The notes beneath the pieces were generated by a model. The model had not been told where the DNA came from and did not search any database. It saw only the letters and a program-made list of their open reading frames with translations. DNA of 63,956 nucleotides, counting the filler, from Reclinomonas americana ATCC 50394 (taxonomy: Eukaryota), in the NCBI GenBank assembly GCA_048213135.1. It is 13 parts of 13 records of this genome, joined end to end, with 100 filler letters (N's around TTAATTAATTAA, not from the genome) between each part and the next. Parts side by side here need not be neighbours in the genome. Positions count along the whole stretch, not along the records: positions 1 to 9,019 come from AFZH01019746.1; positions 9,120 to 15,300 come from AFZH01019747.1; 11 more parts are not named here. One strand, given 5' to 3'. This document shows positions 1 to 13,600 of the stretch, one piece after another. Each line of letters starts with the position of its first letter. The first letter of the stretch is position 1. The position numbers were made by a program, and so were the translations under genes.

Positions 1-176
<176 letters not shown>

Positions 177-217
177 TCCCGAACAGCACGTCTCACACAC
201 AATGCCGTGTGTGCAGG

Positions 218-3200
218 GCGCTGGTCGGTTCCGTGTATTTCGACTTTTATGAGCAGGTGGCGCACCAGTACGCACTGGTGCTGCGATGGCTCTCCAAGTA
301 CCGCCTGGCCAACATTGTCAACTCGCTGCGTGGCCTGGTGCTTTCGGCGCGTCTCCCGGTCGAGGATCTGAAGGCCGTCTACCACGGCATGCGCATGCTG
401 TGCATGAGAGTGCGTCGCTGTGTGTTGATGTTGTGCTACCCGCTGGCCCACCTCACTCTGGAATCCACGCAGCCACATTCCGCGGATGGCTCAGCCGTGC
501 AGGACCTGCTGGGATTCTTCCTCACCCAGCTGAACGAGCTCGGCTCAAAGCACAACCCGATCCGTGGAGTCCTCGTGCGCACCTTGACCTCGCTCGTGCA
601 GCAGCTCGACTTTAGCAACCCCAACATTAGCGACGTCACTGCCAAGGGCGTGCTCGATCAAGTGCGTGAGATCTTCAACAAGGCCAACGCTATGCTCAAG
701 CACCCCGAGTTGGCCTCCTCGTGCTACAGTCTCATGACGGCGTACATTATCAACTCGCCGCTCGACGAGTACCGCGCCGGCGGTGTGCAGTACTTTGAGG
801 ACACCATCCTCGGTGCGTTACTCTCTTGTACTCACAACGGTTCGCGCATTGTGTCACTGACAATACTTCGTCGATTTTTGTGTGCGCAGGCGTGGCACGC
901 AAGCGCCCCGACTTTGTGGTGGAGTCGTGCTTGGCGTGGCTGCGAGGCCAGTTCTACTCGGCACGCATGTCTCACGAGCTGGAGACGCACTTGTCGGGCC
1001 CACTGCCGGCTGCTCTCCGTCGCAACTTGCTCGACGTGTTTTTCAACAAGGTCGGAGCGTTTGATCAGTTGAGTGCAACCGACCTCGTCAGCACAGACCG
1101 CCAGTCGCCTCAACGCCTGACCTTTGTGTGTTGTTGCTTTTTTTTTCAGGGACCACTTCCGCAGCCGCCTGGCCGTGTCGCGGCCTCGCGACCCCGATTT
1201 CTTCATGGACGATGGCCAGGTGTTCCAGTGCGTCACTCGCTCCGACCAACCCGGCAGCCCGTCGGGTGGTCTGGTTCCTGCGTCGGCCATCACGGCGCTC
1301 GATCGCGTGTTCTTGCTGTTCTTTGCCGCAAAACACTCGAGTGCGCTGATGATCAACGACGTCTCCATCTACTCGGATCTGTTGGTGCAGATTGCCGTCA
1401 TCAAGTTTCGTTGCTACGCACCCACTCGTTTCTTCCCCCTTGTTGCTCACCGATGCGTGCTTGCCAGCTTTGAGTTCTTCCGCGATTCGGTGATTCCGCG
1501 CGTTCAGTCGGGGCAGGTGTCGACCGAGTTCCTGCTGGTGGCTTTCCGTGCACTGCGCGTGGTCCTCGATCCGGACTACCGCTTCTTGGCAAATGTTGTT
1601 CGCGCACCAACTGTGGGCTCGTCGTACAATGTCATGGAGCAAAAGGTACGTAGTGCTGTACGCGTGGGGACGAGCGGCTTCAAGCGGACTGACAGTGCGA
1701 TTGATGGCAGTTGGAGAGCCTCCGCGAGGTCTCGCAATCGGTCCTCTTCTCGATGGTGCAGGGCTGCGAGTCGCGTGTCGGCATCACACAGCTGGGCATG
1801 CAGGGCATCAGCACGCCCATCACGTCGTACCGCACGGAAGGCGACGCTGTCGTCAACATTGAGGGTCTTTACGAGCCGCAGCAGACCGGTGCTGCCGAGA
1901 CTGCCGAGTCTGAGATCAAGACTGCGGACGACTACTGGCTGCGCTACGGTGGCAAGGTGCTCTCCCGTCACCGTCTGCCAGAAGAGGTCTGGTGTCGTTG
2001 ACGAGCTGTGTGACGTGGAAGTCGTGTGTGCTGAAACTGCTGCCGTTCGATAGGAATTGTTGCATGAGGCATTGCAGTACTACCAGCGCGAGGCAGGCGA
2101 GCTGGTGTATCCGGATTTGGCGTACGAGCAGTCGCTGAATGTGCGTGGTATTCTTTGTTCTTCTTTCTCTCTCTGTCTATGCAGTCGGATTCACGTTGCA
2201 TGCCCACCACAGGCCAACTTTATCGAGCTGTACAAGCGACGCAAGGCTATCAAGCCGGCGCAGCAAATCTTCTTGGATCTGTACCGCGAGCTCGTGCGCT
2301 GCGTGCCAGTGGTGCGTTGTCGCGTGGAAGAGCCCTTCCCCTCCTTGTCAGTTTGACGACTCACAATCTCACTCTTGCATGTGTGACGCGCGCAGATGAC
2401 ACCGATCCAGATCATCACCACTGAGGACATTCGTGCTTTTGTAGGCATGCTGCTGGTGCATTTCGACGCAGGTCTCAGTCGCGCCTGCTCCCACGCGCTG
2501 CAGCGCCTGGTGTTTGAGCAGGGCAGTCTGCGATTCCGCGTGCTCGAGGTCTCGTTGTTCTCATATGTGTGTATGTATGTCTTGTCTTCCGTTTGCTGAC
2601 GATGCGCGTCTCTGTTGCAGAACGTGATGAGCATTGCGCTGACCAACGAGCTGGAGACATTCCAGATGCTGACGATTGCGGAGAACACGCGCGTGCTCTT
2701 CAAGGAGCTGCTTCAGGCGCTGGAGGAGGAGCAGCGAGCCAGCGGCGGGCAGCTGTCACGCGAGCAGCGTATCCGAGTCGAAGATCTGGCCATCAAGGGC
2801 GACGCCACGGCCTTCCGCTTGCTGACCATTGCTCACGTCGAGGTGCGCAAGATCGGTCTGAAGATCGCCAAGCAGGTGGCCGAGGCCCGCCGCTTCCTGG
2901 AGGAGGGCGACACACCAATGCTGACCACCTTCTCCATCGACAAGCACTTTTGGTACATGCATGTCACTGCTGGTGTGTGTCGAGCGCTTCTCCATGCTCA
3001 CTCAGTCGCCTCCTCCTCTTCCCCTTCAGCTTGGAAGCCATCATTGAGCGATTTGGCGAGGACATTTATCGCAGCGCAGTGCAGCGCATCCTCGAAGTGT
3101 GTCCGCTCTCGCCTGCTCGAGTGCCCATTGTTGCGTCAGCCGCTGTCACGTCGCAGGCGTTGCCTGCGTGTTACTGACCGCTGTGCACAGACCAAGGACT

Positions 3201-6200
3201 TCCCTGCGCGCAAGTTTGACATTCTGGCCGAAGACCTGTGGACCGTCCTCTGGCCGTTCATTCTTGGCGAGCTGGCGGTGGTCTTTGCCAAATATGTGCG
3301 TTGTTTTATCCTTATCATGCGTGCACTGTTTTTCTTTTGCTCACGCATGCAAATGCAGGGTTTCCCGGCCACGGTGTTGCACGTGCAACATGTGATGATG
3401 TGGCGCGCAGGCGAGCTGATTGCTCAGGCACCGCTGACGCTGCAGGAGGCGGCAAAGACGCCTGCGGTCCACAACAGTCGCTGTTGCGTACACTCCCTTT
3501 ACTGCTGCTCGTGTTCATCTGTTGAAACTCACGTTGTATGTTTACTTTTTCGTGCAGACATGCTGAAGCAGCTGGCAGAGCTCGTGCTTCTGTACGCGCC
3601 GTTGTATCCGCGCTCCTCCACCGAGTACGAAGAGGGTGAGCGGCTGCTGTCATTGCTGTCCCCGTTACACAATGAATCAGTGGCATTAACTCCTCTCTCT
3701 GTGCCACAGAGATTGTGGCCGGCGACGCCGATCTGCGCCTGCACTCTGCCGAGTTGCGCGCGCAAGTGGCTTCGCAGGAGCAAATCACACAGATCATTCG
3801 CCGCAACTTTGATTACCTCCGCTCGGAGATTCAGTGGCACCCGCTGGTCAAGACGCTGGCCTCGTACTTCCTCAACACACGGTCGGTGCCGATTGCGCTT
3901 CTCGTGCTGGACGACTGGTGGCAGGTGCACGAACGCCAGCGCCGTCGCTCAACCAAGAAACTCGACGTGCTCTACTACCGCTATCATGCGGTGTTTAGGT
4001 GCGTATCGACCATCCACCGTGCAGAAAGACGAGGCGTGCCACTGACTGTGTGTGTCTCTTCAGCGCCATCATGACCAATCTGACCGTCGGTGGCCGCATG
4101 GTGCACGTCGAAGCGCTGTTGCCGCTGATCCGTACCGAGCATGCCAAAGTCACTCAGCTGGTCGGCAGCAACAACTTTATGGCCGCGCAGAGCCCCGAGG
4201 CCGTTCTCATGTTGCAGGTGTGCACTGCTGTGTCTGTCTATTACATCAGCTCCTGTGTGTGTGTGTGTGTACTCATCATGGATGATGCAGAGCTCGTGGC
4301 TCGACTTGGTGATTGTCAACCTGTCGATTGCTCGTGCATTCAATCGCCTGCGCCGTTGCGTCGCCCGACTTGCACCCTCCTTGTGCTGCAAGTGAGTTCT
4401 CATCGTGTTGGCGCGCAGGTGATGAGCGTCAGCAGCTGTTGGAGAACGTGTGGAATCTGCAGGCGCGCCAGACCATCATCCACGAGCTGTCGTACCTGTG
4501 GCGTGAGCCAGGCGCTGTGGTGCGTTCGCCGCCTCGTACCCGGTATGGCGTGTGCTGATTGATTGATTGTCTAACCCGTGTTGTCCGTCGATGCAGGATG
4601 GCACGGAGCGCACAGCACAGCTGCTCGGCAAGAAGACTGATGGCGACGCCCGTCAGAACTACGTCCTGCTTCACAAGGCCTATGTGCGCAAGATTGCGCA
4701 GACGGCCGGGTTGGCACTGGAGGAAGTGATCAAGCTCGGTCCGTGCCTCAACCCGATTATTGTGCGCGGTGACGGTGCGACGGGCATCGGCAACTATCCC
4801 ATTCAGTACTCTTCGATCCAGTCGCTCGACCGCACACTCGCCGATGGTGTGTATTGTCTATTCTGTTTTTCGTATCACAAGTTTGCGTACTGATCCAACT
4901 ACCGGCATTTTTGCAGGCGAGGAGCGCGGTCACCGCATCGATCGACTTCCGACCACGGCCATGCTCAATGGCCGACTGAATCTGTTCTCGCACACTGATG
5001 ACCTTGCGCTTCTCGATCCGTACATTGCGCTGGAGGAGACCGGCTTGCGGTGCGTGTCTCTCTCTCCCCGCATGAACGTGTTCCTCCTATGCTAAACTGT
5101 GCGTGCGGGATTGTGTGGTGGCAGTGTGCTTGGATCTGTGGCCGAGCATCACAACTGGCTTCTGCCGCTCCTCATCACCGGCTTCTTCCAGAATGTGAAC
5201 TCGCAGCGCATCATCAACTCCATTTTCCACACCATGTCGTGCATGTTTATGCACATGCCGAACGAGTCCGACGCCAATGTGTCGTCGGGCATCCTGCGCG
5301 GTGCGTGCCGCCTGTGCATGGAGGGCATGGCTTTTGAACCCCGATCTCTCACTTGTGATACTCGCAGAGCGCTTCCGTCGCCTGGGCGAGTTGAAGAATC
5401 GCGAGGACTTGGGTATCCCGCCGCGCAAGCACCTGGCGCAGGAGACAGTCGAGCGGTTTGTTTTTGTGTGCCTGGTGGCGGCGCTAAAATGCTGTGTTGC
5501 GTACTGACACTATTGGTGCTCGTGCGTAGATGGAAGGAAGCACGTCACGGCATGCTGCAAATGTGCCTGTTCATGCTGGGTGACTTGGAGCTGGAGAACC
5601 GCTGCAAGGCCTTTGACCTGTTGCTGGCGTTTAGCAGCCTGTGGGAGGACGGCTCCACTGGCGCCAGCTTTGACAGCACTCTGCGACCGTACCACGTGGC
5701 GTTCCACACCAGCGCACACGCGCAGGTGCAGCAGGCGGCGCACGAAGTGGCAGAAGCCGTGTCGCGTCACCTGGAGGCATTCTCGCGCGTGGTTCTGGTC
5801 GACGGTTTCACGTTGATGCAGTTGCGTCGTGGTAGCCCACCACCCACCGCCATCCACTCAGTGTTGACTCACTCGACTTTCTGCTTCACAGAAACACCAT
5901 CGACCAGCGCAAGAAGGCGTGGATTGCCGAGTACCTCGAGCCGTGGGCCATCAACGTTGACTTGACGGGCACCGATGTGAGTCGTTTGCAGCCGCCCTCC
6001 CCTCCACCTTTCCCCATTCTCATGCTTCTGACACGTCTCTGCAGGACGACTCGTTCCTTCTCGCGGCCTGCTACACGGCCTCGCGCCATCTGCACGACCA
6101 CTTTTTGCAGAATGCCGCCTCCGCCTTCTGGGAACGTTTGGCCGAGCGACCGCACGACAACCTCGGCACCGTGGTGCACTACTTGATGCAAAAGACGTTG

Positions 6201-8960
6201 CTGTCGGACCGTGATACGGAGCTTTGTGGCAAGATTTTCGGCAACATTTTCCGCTTCGAGCGCGGCGTGCTGCTCGAGCTGATGCTGTCGGAGATTTCGC
6301 CCGAGCGCTACCAGCAGGCCATGGACGTGCCGCATGACGAGGGAGCACTGGGTCGACAGCATCCACGGTTTGTCCATCTCTCCGTCGCATCCATCCATCG
6401 TATCCAGTCCTTGTCCTTACGCGGTTCTCTTTGCACAGACGACCAAACAATGGAGTGAGTTGCTTGTATTACTGAGTACCTTTGCCCGTCGCCTTTCTCA
6501 CTCGCCTCGCTTCTATTTTTCTTCATCTCTTCAGGAAGTACCACCGGAACAAGGTGTGTGTTGTGTGTGCGGTTTGGTCGTCATTCTACTTTGCACTGCA
6601 TACTCACTCTCGTGTTTTTTTGCAGTGGTCGATGCATTGGACCGTCGCCGAGTGGCCGAGATCAAGGGCAAGCGTCTCGCCGAGATGGACATTCGTCGCC
6701 GCGCCGTCGTCCGCCTGCTACCGTCTGTGCTCACGCAGCTGCACACACGCGACGAGTTCTTGGAGATTCTGCCGCGCGTCTTTGTTTACGCGTTGCTGTC
6801 GATGGGCTGTTGCGTCTCTGCCCTCAAACAAATGCCACCCTGCGCGCATATGCGCACACACAAAACTGACTCTTCCTCTGCACTGCAGCTGACACGGAGC
6901 GCACTTCGAATCCGCACAAGCTGCTGCTGACCATCATCCACCAGCTGATGGTGTACTTTGATGGTGAGTAAGAAGGAGAGGAATACTTCGTGCATCACCG
7001 TCACCTCATATTTCACGTGTGTCGACAGAGGGTTCCGCACCGTCGCGTACGCTGGCCACGCTGAAGATGTACCTGGAGAGCCCCACATTCCGCCTCAACT
7101 GGCGCTGCGAGTCGTCACAGCGTGTGCACGAGCAGTTCAACGACGATGTTATTCGCGAGTACGTGCCGGCATCGCAGCAGGAGCTGGTTCAGTTCCAGCG
7201 ACTGTACCCGGTGGTGCTCGGCGAAGTCGACGCCGTCATGTTTGTACAAAAGTTCTGCTTCTGCATCTCCGGACTGTCGGAGACTCTGCAGAGCGACATT
7301 GGCAAGGAGTGCCTCAGCTGGGCCCTCCTCAGTGGCGAGTCCCTCATGCGTGTCAAGGCCGTCACGGTGTACCGCTCCATTCTGTCGCCGCTGAGCCGCG
7401 ACTGCGTGCACGCACTGCTGAAGATGCTGCACAAGGCGTGCGAGACTGTGGAGCGCGGATGGCGCACTCGCCACCGCAAGACAGACTCCGTTCGCCAGCG
7501 ATTCATCTGGCGCATCTTGGCACTCGGCGACAGTGCGTGCTTTGCGCCGGGTCTGGTGGAGGCTCTCGAATCACTGAGCGCGCTGAGTGTGCGTGCATGT
7601 CTTCTTTTTCCCCCGTTGCGTGTGTTTTGCTGACCTTTCGTGTGCAGGACATTGCGCTCTTCCTGCGCGCCAATGGACGTGGATCCGACTTCCCTGAGAT
7701 TGTGTGGGCCGCCGTGGCCGCAATGCGCGCCCCGCTGCCTGCACTGTATCAGCCCGCGGTGCGCCTGCTGCAGACGCTGGCCTCCGATGTCGGTGTGTTT
7801 GAGAAGCTGTTTGTCGGCAACGTGCAAGACAAGCGACAGCTGTTGGCCTATGTGGACGGGTGGGTGCCGGCGTTTTCGGGCATCCAGCCCATGCTTCTGC
7901 GTGGCCTCATGGACCCTGCTCTGGAAGAGGACACGTACAACTTCCTCGCCGGCCTCATCCAGGCGCCGTGCCGTGAGATGGTCGACAGCAGTCCGTCACG
8001 CATGTTTGTTGCGTCAGCACGCCGTCCACCCAGCCCGCCGCTACTCCACTTCTTGCTTGTCACACTCACTGTGTGCCCTTTTGCAGATGACGGTGCTGGC
8101 CTTCCTGCCGGTCATTTTCCGTGAGTTCGAGCTAAACGCGGCCGCCTTCTCCACGTTCTCGACGTACGACATGGCGCTGTCGTTGGTGGATCTCTTGAAG
8201 GCGTGGGACGCGCAGCGTTCTGTGCGCCTGGTCAATCTTTTTGAGCAGTATCGAGTGCAGGAGATCAGAGTGAGTGCAATCTTCTTCTTTATGGAACGCA
8301 TCATCCATGTCACACCACCGTCTCACGCAAGTGTGTGTCTCTCTGTGCGTGTGTGTGCAGCACGCTGATGTGTGGTTTGCCGAAGTGTGCCGTGAGATGG
8401 CACGCCTGTTCTTGCCGACGCATGCGGTGCTTGCTGCCGGTGTGTGTCCTTGCGCTCACTTATTCGCACTCCACTTGGCCTGTGTGATGCTGACGATCCC
8501 CGCACACAGATTTCCTCACCAACATGTTCGTGTCGGGCCCGGAGCACAACCGCCTGCCTGTCATCAAGATCACCGCGTGCTTCCTCAGCGCCGAGAATGC
8601 ATCGTCCATTGTGCAGCACTTTGGTGGCTTGCTCAAGGTATGTGGTGATGCATCGTCACCCTTTTTTTGATAAGTTACTGACTCGATTGGTGCAGCTGGT
8701 GACACTACACGTGCAAAGCCAGTCGCTCACCGCTGCGGTGGGAGAGTTGCTGGCCTTTGCGGTGCGCGCGGCCACCCCGCCCGACGCTCCATGCCTGTCG
8801 GTGGGCAGTTCATCGGAGCCACTGCGCGCATCAGTACTGCAGCACGATCGCCGTCGTCTGTCGTTGCGTCGAGACTGCCGATCACAAGCGTTGGTGCTCT
8901 CTCGTTGCTAACTAACTGCGCTCCACAGTCACGCACTGAGTGGCCTGTCACGCGTCATCC
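218..8960 (+). CDS. Furry/Tao3/MOR2-PAG1-like cell morphogenesis HEAT-repeat protein (partial, roughly 35 introns)
   Basis: Spliced translation gives Furry-like segments: IGKECLSWALLSGESLMRVKAVTVYRSILSPLS, FPEIVWAAVAAM...YQPAVRLL, WVPAFSGIQPMLLRGL and EFLLVAFRALRVVLD. The frame is continuous across short GT-AG introns. Confidence 0.75.
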
Positions 8961-9019
8961 TTCACAACCAGTCGTTTGTGAACAATCCGTCGATCGCGTT
9001 TGCCCGGCGTGACATCTCT

Positions 9020-9119
9020 NNNNNNNNNNNNNNNNNNNNNNNNNNNNNNNNNNNNNNNNNNNNTTAATTAATTAANNNNNNNNNNNNNNNNNNNNNNNNN
9101 NNNNNNNNNNNNNNNNNNN
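9020..9119. other. Artificial contig linker (N-TTAATTAATTAA-N); also at 15301, 19487, 25087, 32093, 48035, 49332, 52296, 54971, 56906, 58965 and 62746
   Basis: Identical 100-nt spacer with stop codons in all six frames, seen 12 times. Confidence 0.99.
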
Positions 9120-10436
9120 ACGCTGCCGATGTTTGCACGGGGCGGAAGCCAACCGCGCCAGGTCGCTGCCGTTGCGCCACCGCCATCACGACCGGTGGAC
9201 ATGGCGCGCCCCGTGTCCATGTCTGGCGGAAGCATGATGTCTCCGCAATCGGCGTCGGTCGCCCGCGGCACACCAGCCAATGGCAGTGCGTCGTACGGCA
9301 ACGCCTCTTCTGCGCAAGTGCGCCACTCACAATTGGCGTCACCGCCACCGAGTCGTGGGTCAGCCATGGCTGCCGAGGCGCCGCCACGACCCGAATCACG
9401 TGCACCACCAGCTCGCGCTCCTGCGTTTGTGCAAGATCCCAGTGGCCAGTCGGTGAGCACACTCTCCCTCCCGCGTTCTCTCCACTTCTACAAAGAGACA
9501 CGCCCTCACACATCTGATGCGATTCACACAGCCTATGAAGCGCCGGGGCCCCTTGTCGCCCGACCGCGGTGCCGACATTTCCGCGCAAGAGATCGAAATC
9601 GATCTCGACAGCGACGAAGACTACCAGCCAGTGCGTCGTCCCTGTTCCACTGATGCGCGCCCGAGTGATCTTGTGACTGATCTATTCTTGCCCCCGCTGC
9701 AGCCAATCTCCCATCGATCCAACGCCTCACACGGCTCGCTGACGCAGTCGGCACTGGCGTCGCACAATCGCGCTCCATCACCTCCAAGAGGCGGCCGCGG
9801 TGGCGCCCCGATTCAGAAGGAACCACCGGCGCTGGTGCAACTGCTGCACAATCCGGTCTTGCGGCCGTACTTCCAGCGCTTTGTCAGCCAGAACTACGAG
9901 ACGTTGCGTCGGCGAGAAGAGAGAGAAATGCCTTTGTTTTTGTCTGTTGGTGCTCATCGATGTTTTGCCTTGCAGTGACGGCCTCAATTTCTATCTGGCT
10001 GTGCGCGACTTCGTGTCGGAGGTACGACAGTGATGATCGTCGTCGTGGTTTTTGCGGTGGGACACAGTCACTCATCCATTTCGCACGCACAGCCAAATGT
10101 GACCAAGCAGGCGCTGAAGGCTCGTGTTATCATTGAGCGATTCATCTCGCTGGACTCGTTTGACACGCTCAGTTGCGTACCGACAAGTGTGCTGTCGGAT
10201 GTGTGTGTGTGTGAGCAACCACAACAGTCTGTGCTCATTCGCCGTCGCGCGCAGACATTTCCGACTCAACTCGTCGCCAAGTGCTGCACGCGTTCTCGGT
10301 ATCGTCGCTGACGCCACCGCTGTCGCTGTTCGATGTGGCACAGGATGAAGTGTTGCAATCCATGGCCTCGGAGGTCTACCCCATGTTCCTGCACTCGCGC
10401 GAGTACGCCTCCATGGTGGAATCCGGCAAGGTTTAA
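9120..10436 (+). CDS. 3' part of a gene: Ser/Pro-rich linker followed by a C-terminal RGS domain
   Basis: Spliced: LVQLLHNPVLRPYFQRFVSQNYETDGLNFYLAVRDF...KARVIIERFISLDSFDTLNISDSTR...LFDVAQDEVLQSMASEVYPMFLHS, a typical RGS pattern. Stop is TAA at 10434-10436. Confidence 0.85.
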
Positions 10437-10655
10437 GCCGACCTTGTTAGTCCGTTTGTGTGTGTGTGTCAAGTTCCCGTTGCGGTCACCGCGCCGCCAC
10501 TGTTGTGCATTTTCTACTACCGTTGTTTCTCTTTTCTTCTTGTGTCAAATCGCTTCGCTGTGCAGTAACCTCCTCCTCCCACTTTTACAACCATTGCGTA
10601 CTTTATAAAAAAGACAACAACTACGCTTTCGTACAAGTTGATTTGCGCGTGTCTC

Positions 10656-13600
10656 CTACCGCCGCCGACTCTGCTGCGTGCCAACCGTGCTGCTCGCCGC
10701 CGAGTCAATGTCACTGCCACTGTCGTCGTCGTCGGACGACATCACATCGCTGATGGTTGGCCGGCCCTGCGACATCATCGGGCCAACAGGCAGCGAGTAA
10801 TGCACGCACTCTTGCTGTGCGCGCTTCACACAAGCGTTCTAGCAGACGCAGCAGCACAGTGAGATCACGCAATAGACAGAAGAAGGACATTAGACGAGTA
10901 GCACACCTTTTCGTGCACCACCTCCAGTTGTGCCGACAGCGTGGCCCTGCCCAGGTCTTCCAGGTTGTGCCGCGGCCAGATTTCGGAGACCACATCGAAA
11001 AAGTAATGCAGCTGTGCCGACGATGTGTCCTCGATCTGCACGACATGGACGACACGTCAGACATGGCAGGCACAAGCGGGAATGATTACACACACATTCA
11101 CGCAACTCGACTCATGCGACCGACGCCAAGTGTCGGTGTCATGCCACGCGCCTCGCGGTGGAACGACCTGAGCACAAAGTCAGCTTATGCATCCGTGCAA
11201 CTGCAAAACAAGCAAACACCCACCCGCGGAGGGCAGACGCCGGCGGCAGTGGAACGAGAGGTTTCGGACTGAGACCACTGTCGAATCTGGCAGTGTTCCT
11301 CTGCAAATCAGCAAGCACCTGTTTGCTCGTCACGAGTGAGTCTTCAGCTCAAGCGAGTGGTGCAAGCGTGCGTGTAACCCACCTCGGCATTCGGTGACAG
11401 AACGCCGACGGCTGACGCCGAAGCAACGGTCGCCATCTTGGCTTGCTTCTCCTCCTCCTCGACACGCTCCTTCATCTCCAGCAGCGAATGCGTCTCGAGA
11501 AGTGTGCGCGACACTGCGCGCTCTTCTTCGTACAACTCGCGCAACAGACGAACCTGCAGCAGCAGCAAGAAGAGATGAAAAGGGGTGCACAAGGACAACT
11601 GCTTCCCAATTCGACGAGACCTTGGATCGCAGTTGCTCGACGGTGGTGCCGAGCTGCTCGAGATGAATGAGGTCGGGATCCGCGCTGCCATTCTCGGTCA
11701 CCAAGGGCGGCGCTGGTGGCTTTCTCGACTTGCCAGAGCCCTGTCGGCCACCAGCCGACGACGCACTGGACCTCGACGTTCGACTGGACAGCGATGCGAG
11801 GTCGTCGTCCGTCGACTCGCTGTTGAGGCTGGCAAACGAGTCGAGATCCCATTGAATCTCCGCTGTTTTCCCCTGCACGTGTGGGAGAGGAAGGTGGGAC
11901 GGAGAATGATCAGTGTCCGCACAACAACCGTGGCAAACAAATGCACAACGAAACAACACTGTCCGGTGCGTGTGGTCTTGTCAGTGCCACCAGCTTGCCC
12001 GAGATGCGCTTTCGTTTCCGTATGGAACCTTGCGCCTTTTTCAACATCTTCTCAAACTGCAGGCCCATAACATGTGTGAGAATTAGATGTATATAGTGAC
12101 TGCAACACACGTAGGAGTACCTGCTTCTGAACGGAGCCATTGACCAGCGACAAGGCATTGTTGCACACCACAGTGCCCGAGTGTGCCTCAATGTCTCGCA
12201 ACAGTCGATCCTGCCCGACTTCCTTGATGTGAAACAGCTCATACACGCTGCGACCACAGATTCAGTCAGCTCCCCCTGAAGACCGACACAGAGCAGAACA
12301 TGCTGCGTTGATAGCAACTCAACTCCTTCATCTGCACCTGCCAGTGGCTGCTCGACATGTACGGTTCCAGCACACAGTCGTGTACGTGATTCTCCTGCGC
12401 GCATAGCGGTGAGGGCAAATGAACACGCATGTACACACATACATATAGCAGCATCGAGTGACAACAAAACTCGCGTCAACAGTGTCATGTTCATGTGATG
12501 CGCACAGAGACGCATGTTCGGCCGCGTGACATCCACCTCGTTCAAACAGTGCAGCCACTCGCACAGTTTGGCGGTGTACTCCAGGGAGAGGGTGGCGCGC
12601 TCTGTGGACTTGTCGCCGTCGTCGCCGTCCTTGTCGCGATGCTTCTGCAACGGCGATTGGGTGGGGAATGGCCGGAAATGTGTGTACGGGCTCAGCTGTG
12701 AGCCACGTCCATCGGCTCCGCCCGCATCGCTGCCCCACGGTTGCACGTCGGAGTGTGCCTCGCTCAGCATCGATCGAAGACCGCCGGATGCCTGCGCGAT
12801 CGTCAGTCTGTAATGCACACACAGCGACTCACGCGGACCACCGTCGCACCTTGCGCTGCAGACCCTGCGACTGCGGCGCATCTCGTCTACCGTACAACGG
12901 AGTGGCCGCCAACCGGAACGGCGAGCCATCGTCACCAGTGGGCGTTGCACCCGCCATCAACAGCTGATTCGGCGACGGCGAAGGCAGGCCCAGTGGCTTG
13001 GCCGCTGCCGTTGGCGCGAGACGAGCCATCGACGGCATCAGTTGACGATGTGCGTTCTGCACCAACCGCACATTACATGTCGTCAGCGCACGACACTCAC
13101 TAGAACCAGTAGAATGATGACGAGCGTACCTCTTCGTCTCCACCTCCCTCCCCTTTGGCACCGGCGCCGCCCTCGGACACCGTGTCGTCGGTGTGCAGTC
13201 CAAGCTCCTTCTCGACGGCCGCAACCATGGCCGCATGACCTGTCTCACGCTTCTGCGCTTGCACCTGGTCGTCCAGGAAGGCCGCATTGTCCGTCTCCGT
13301 CATGAACTGCACGAGCACCTGCGCAAACTGCAGCTTCGGCGGCTCCTCCTCCGCGAGGTACGGCGGGTACAGCCAGCAGTATCGGTAGGTCCACCGACGT
13401 CGCTCCTGCTGCGGTGCCTCCGGGAAGCAGGCGGTGCCGCAGTTGGGTGCCTCGCTCGGTTCACGCACCACATACACCGTGTACAATTCTTGCAGCTGGC
13501 GGTCGGACAATGCAAACACTCGCGATCGGCGACCCGGTTGTACCGACACCAGATAGAGATTGCTCAGCAACGCCATGGCACTGTTGGCGGCATACGAGCC

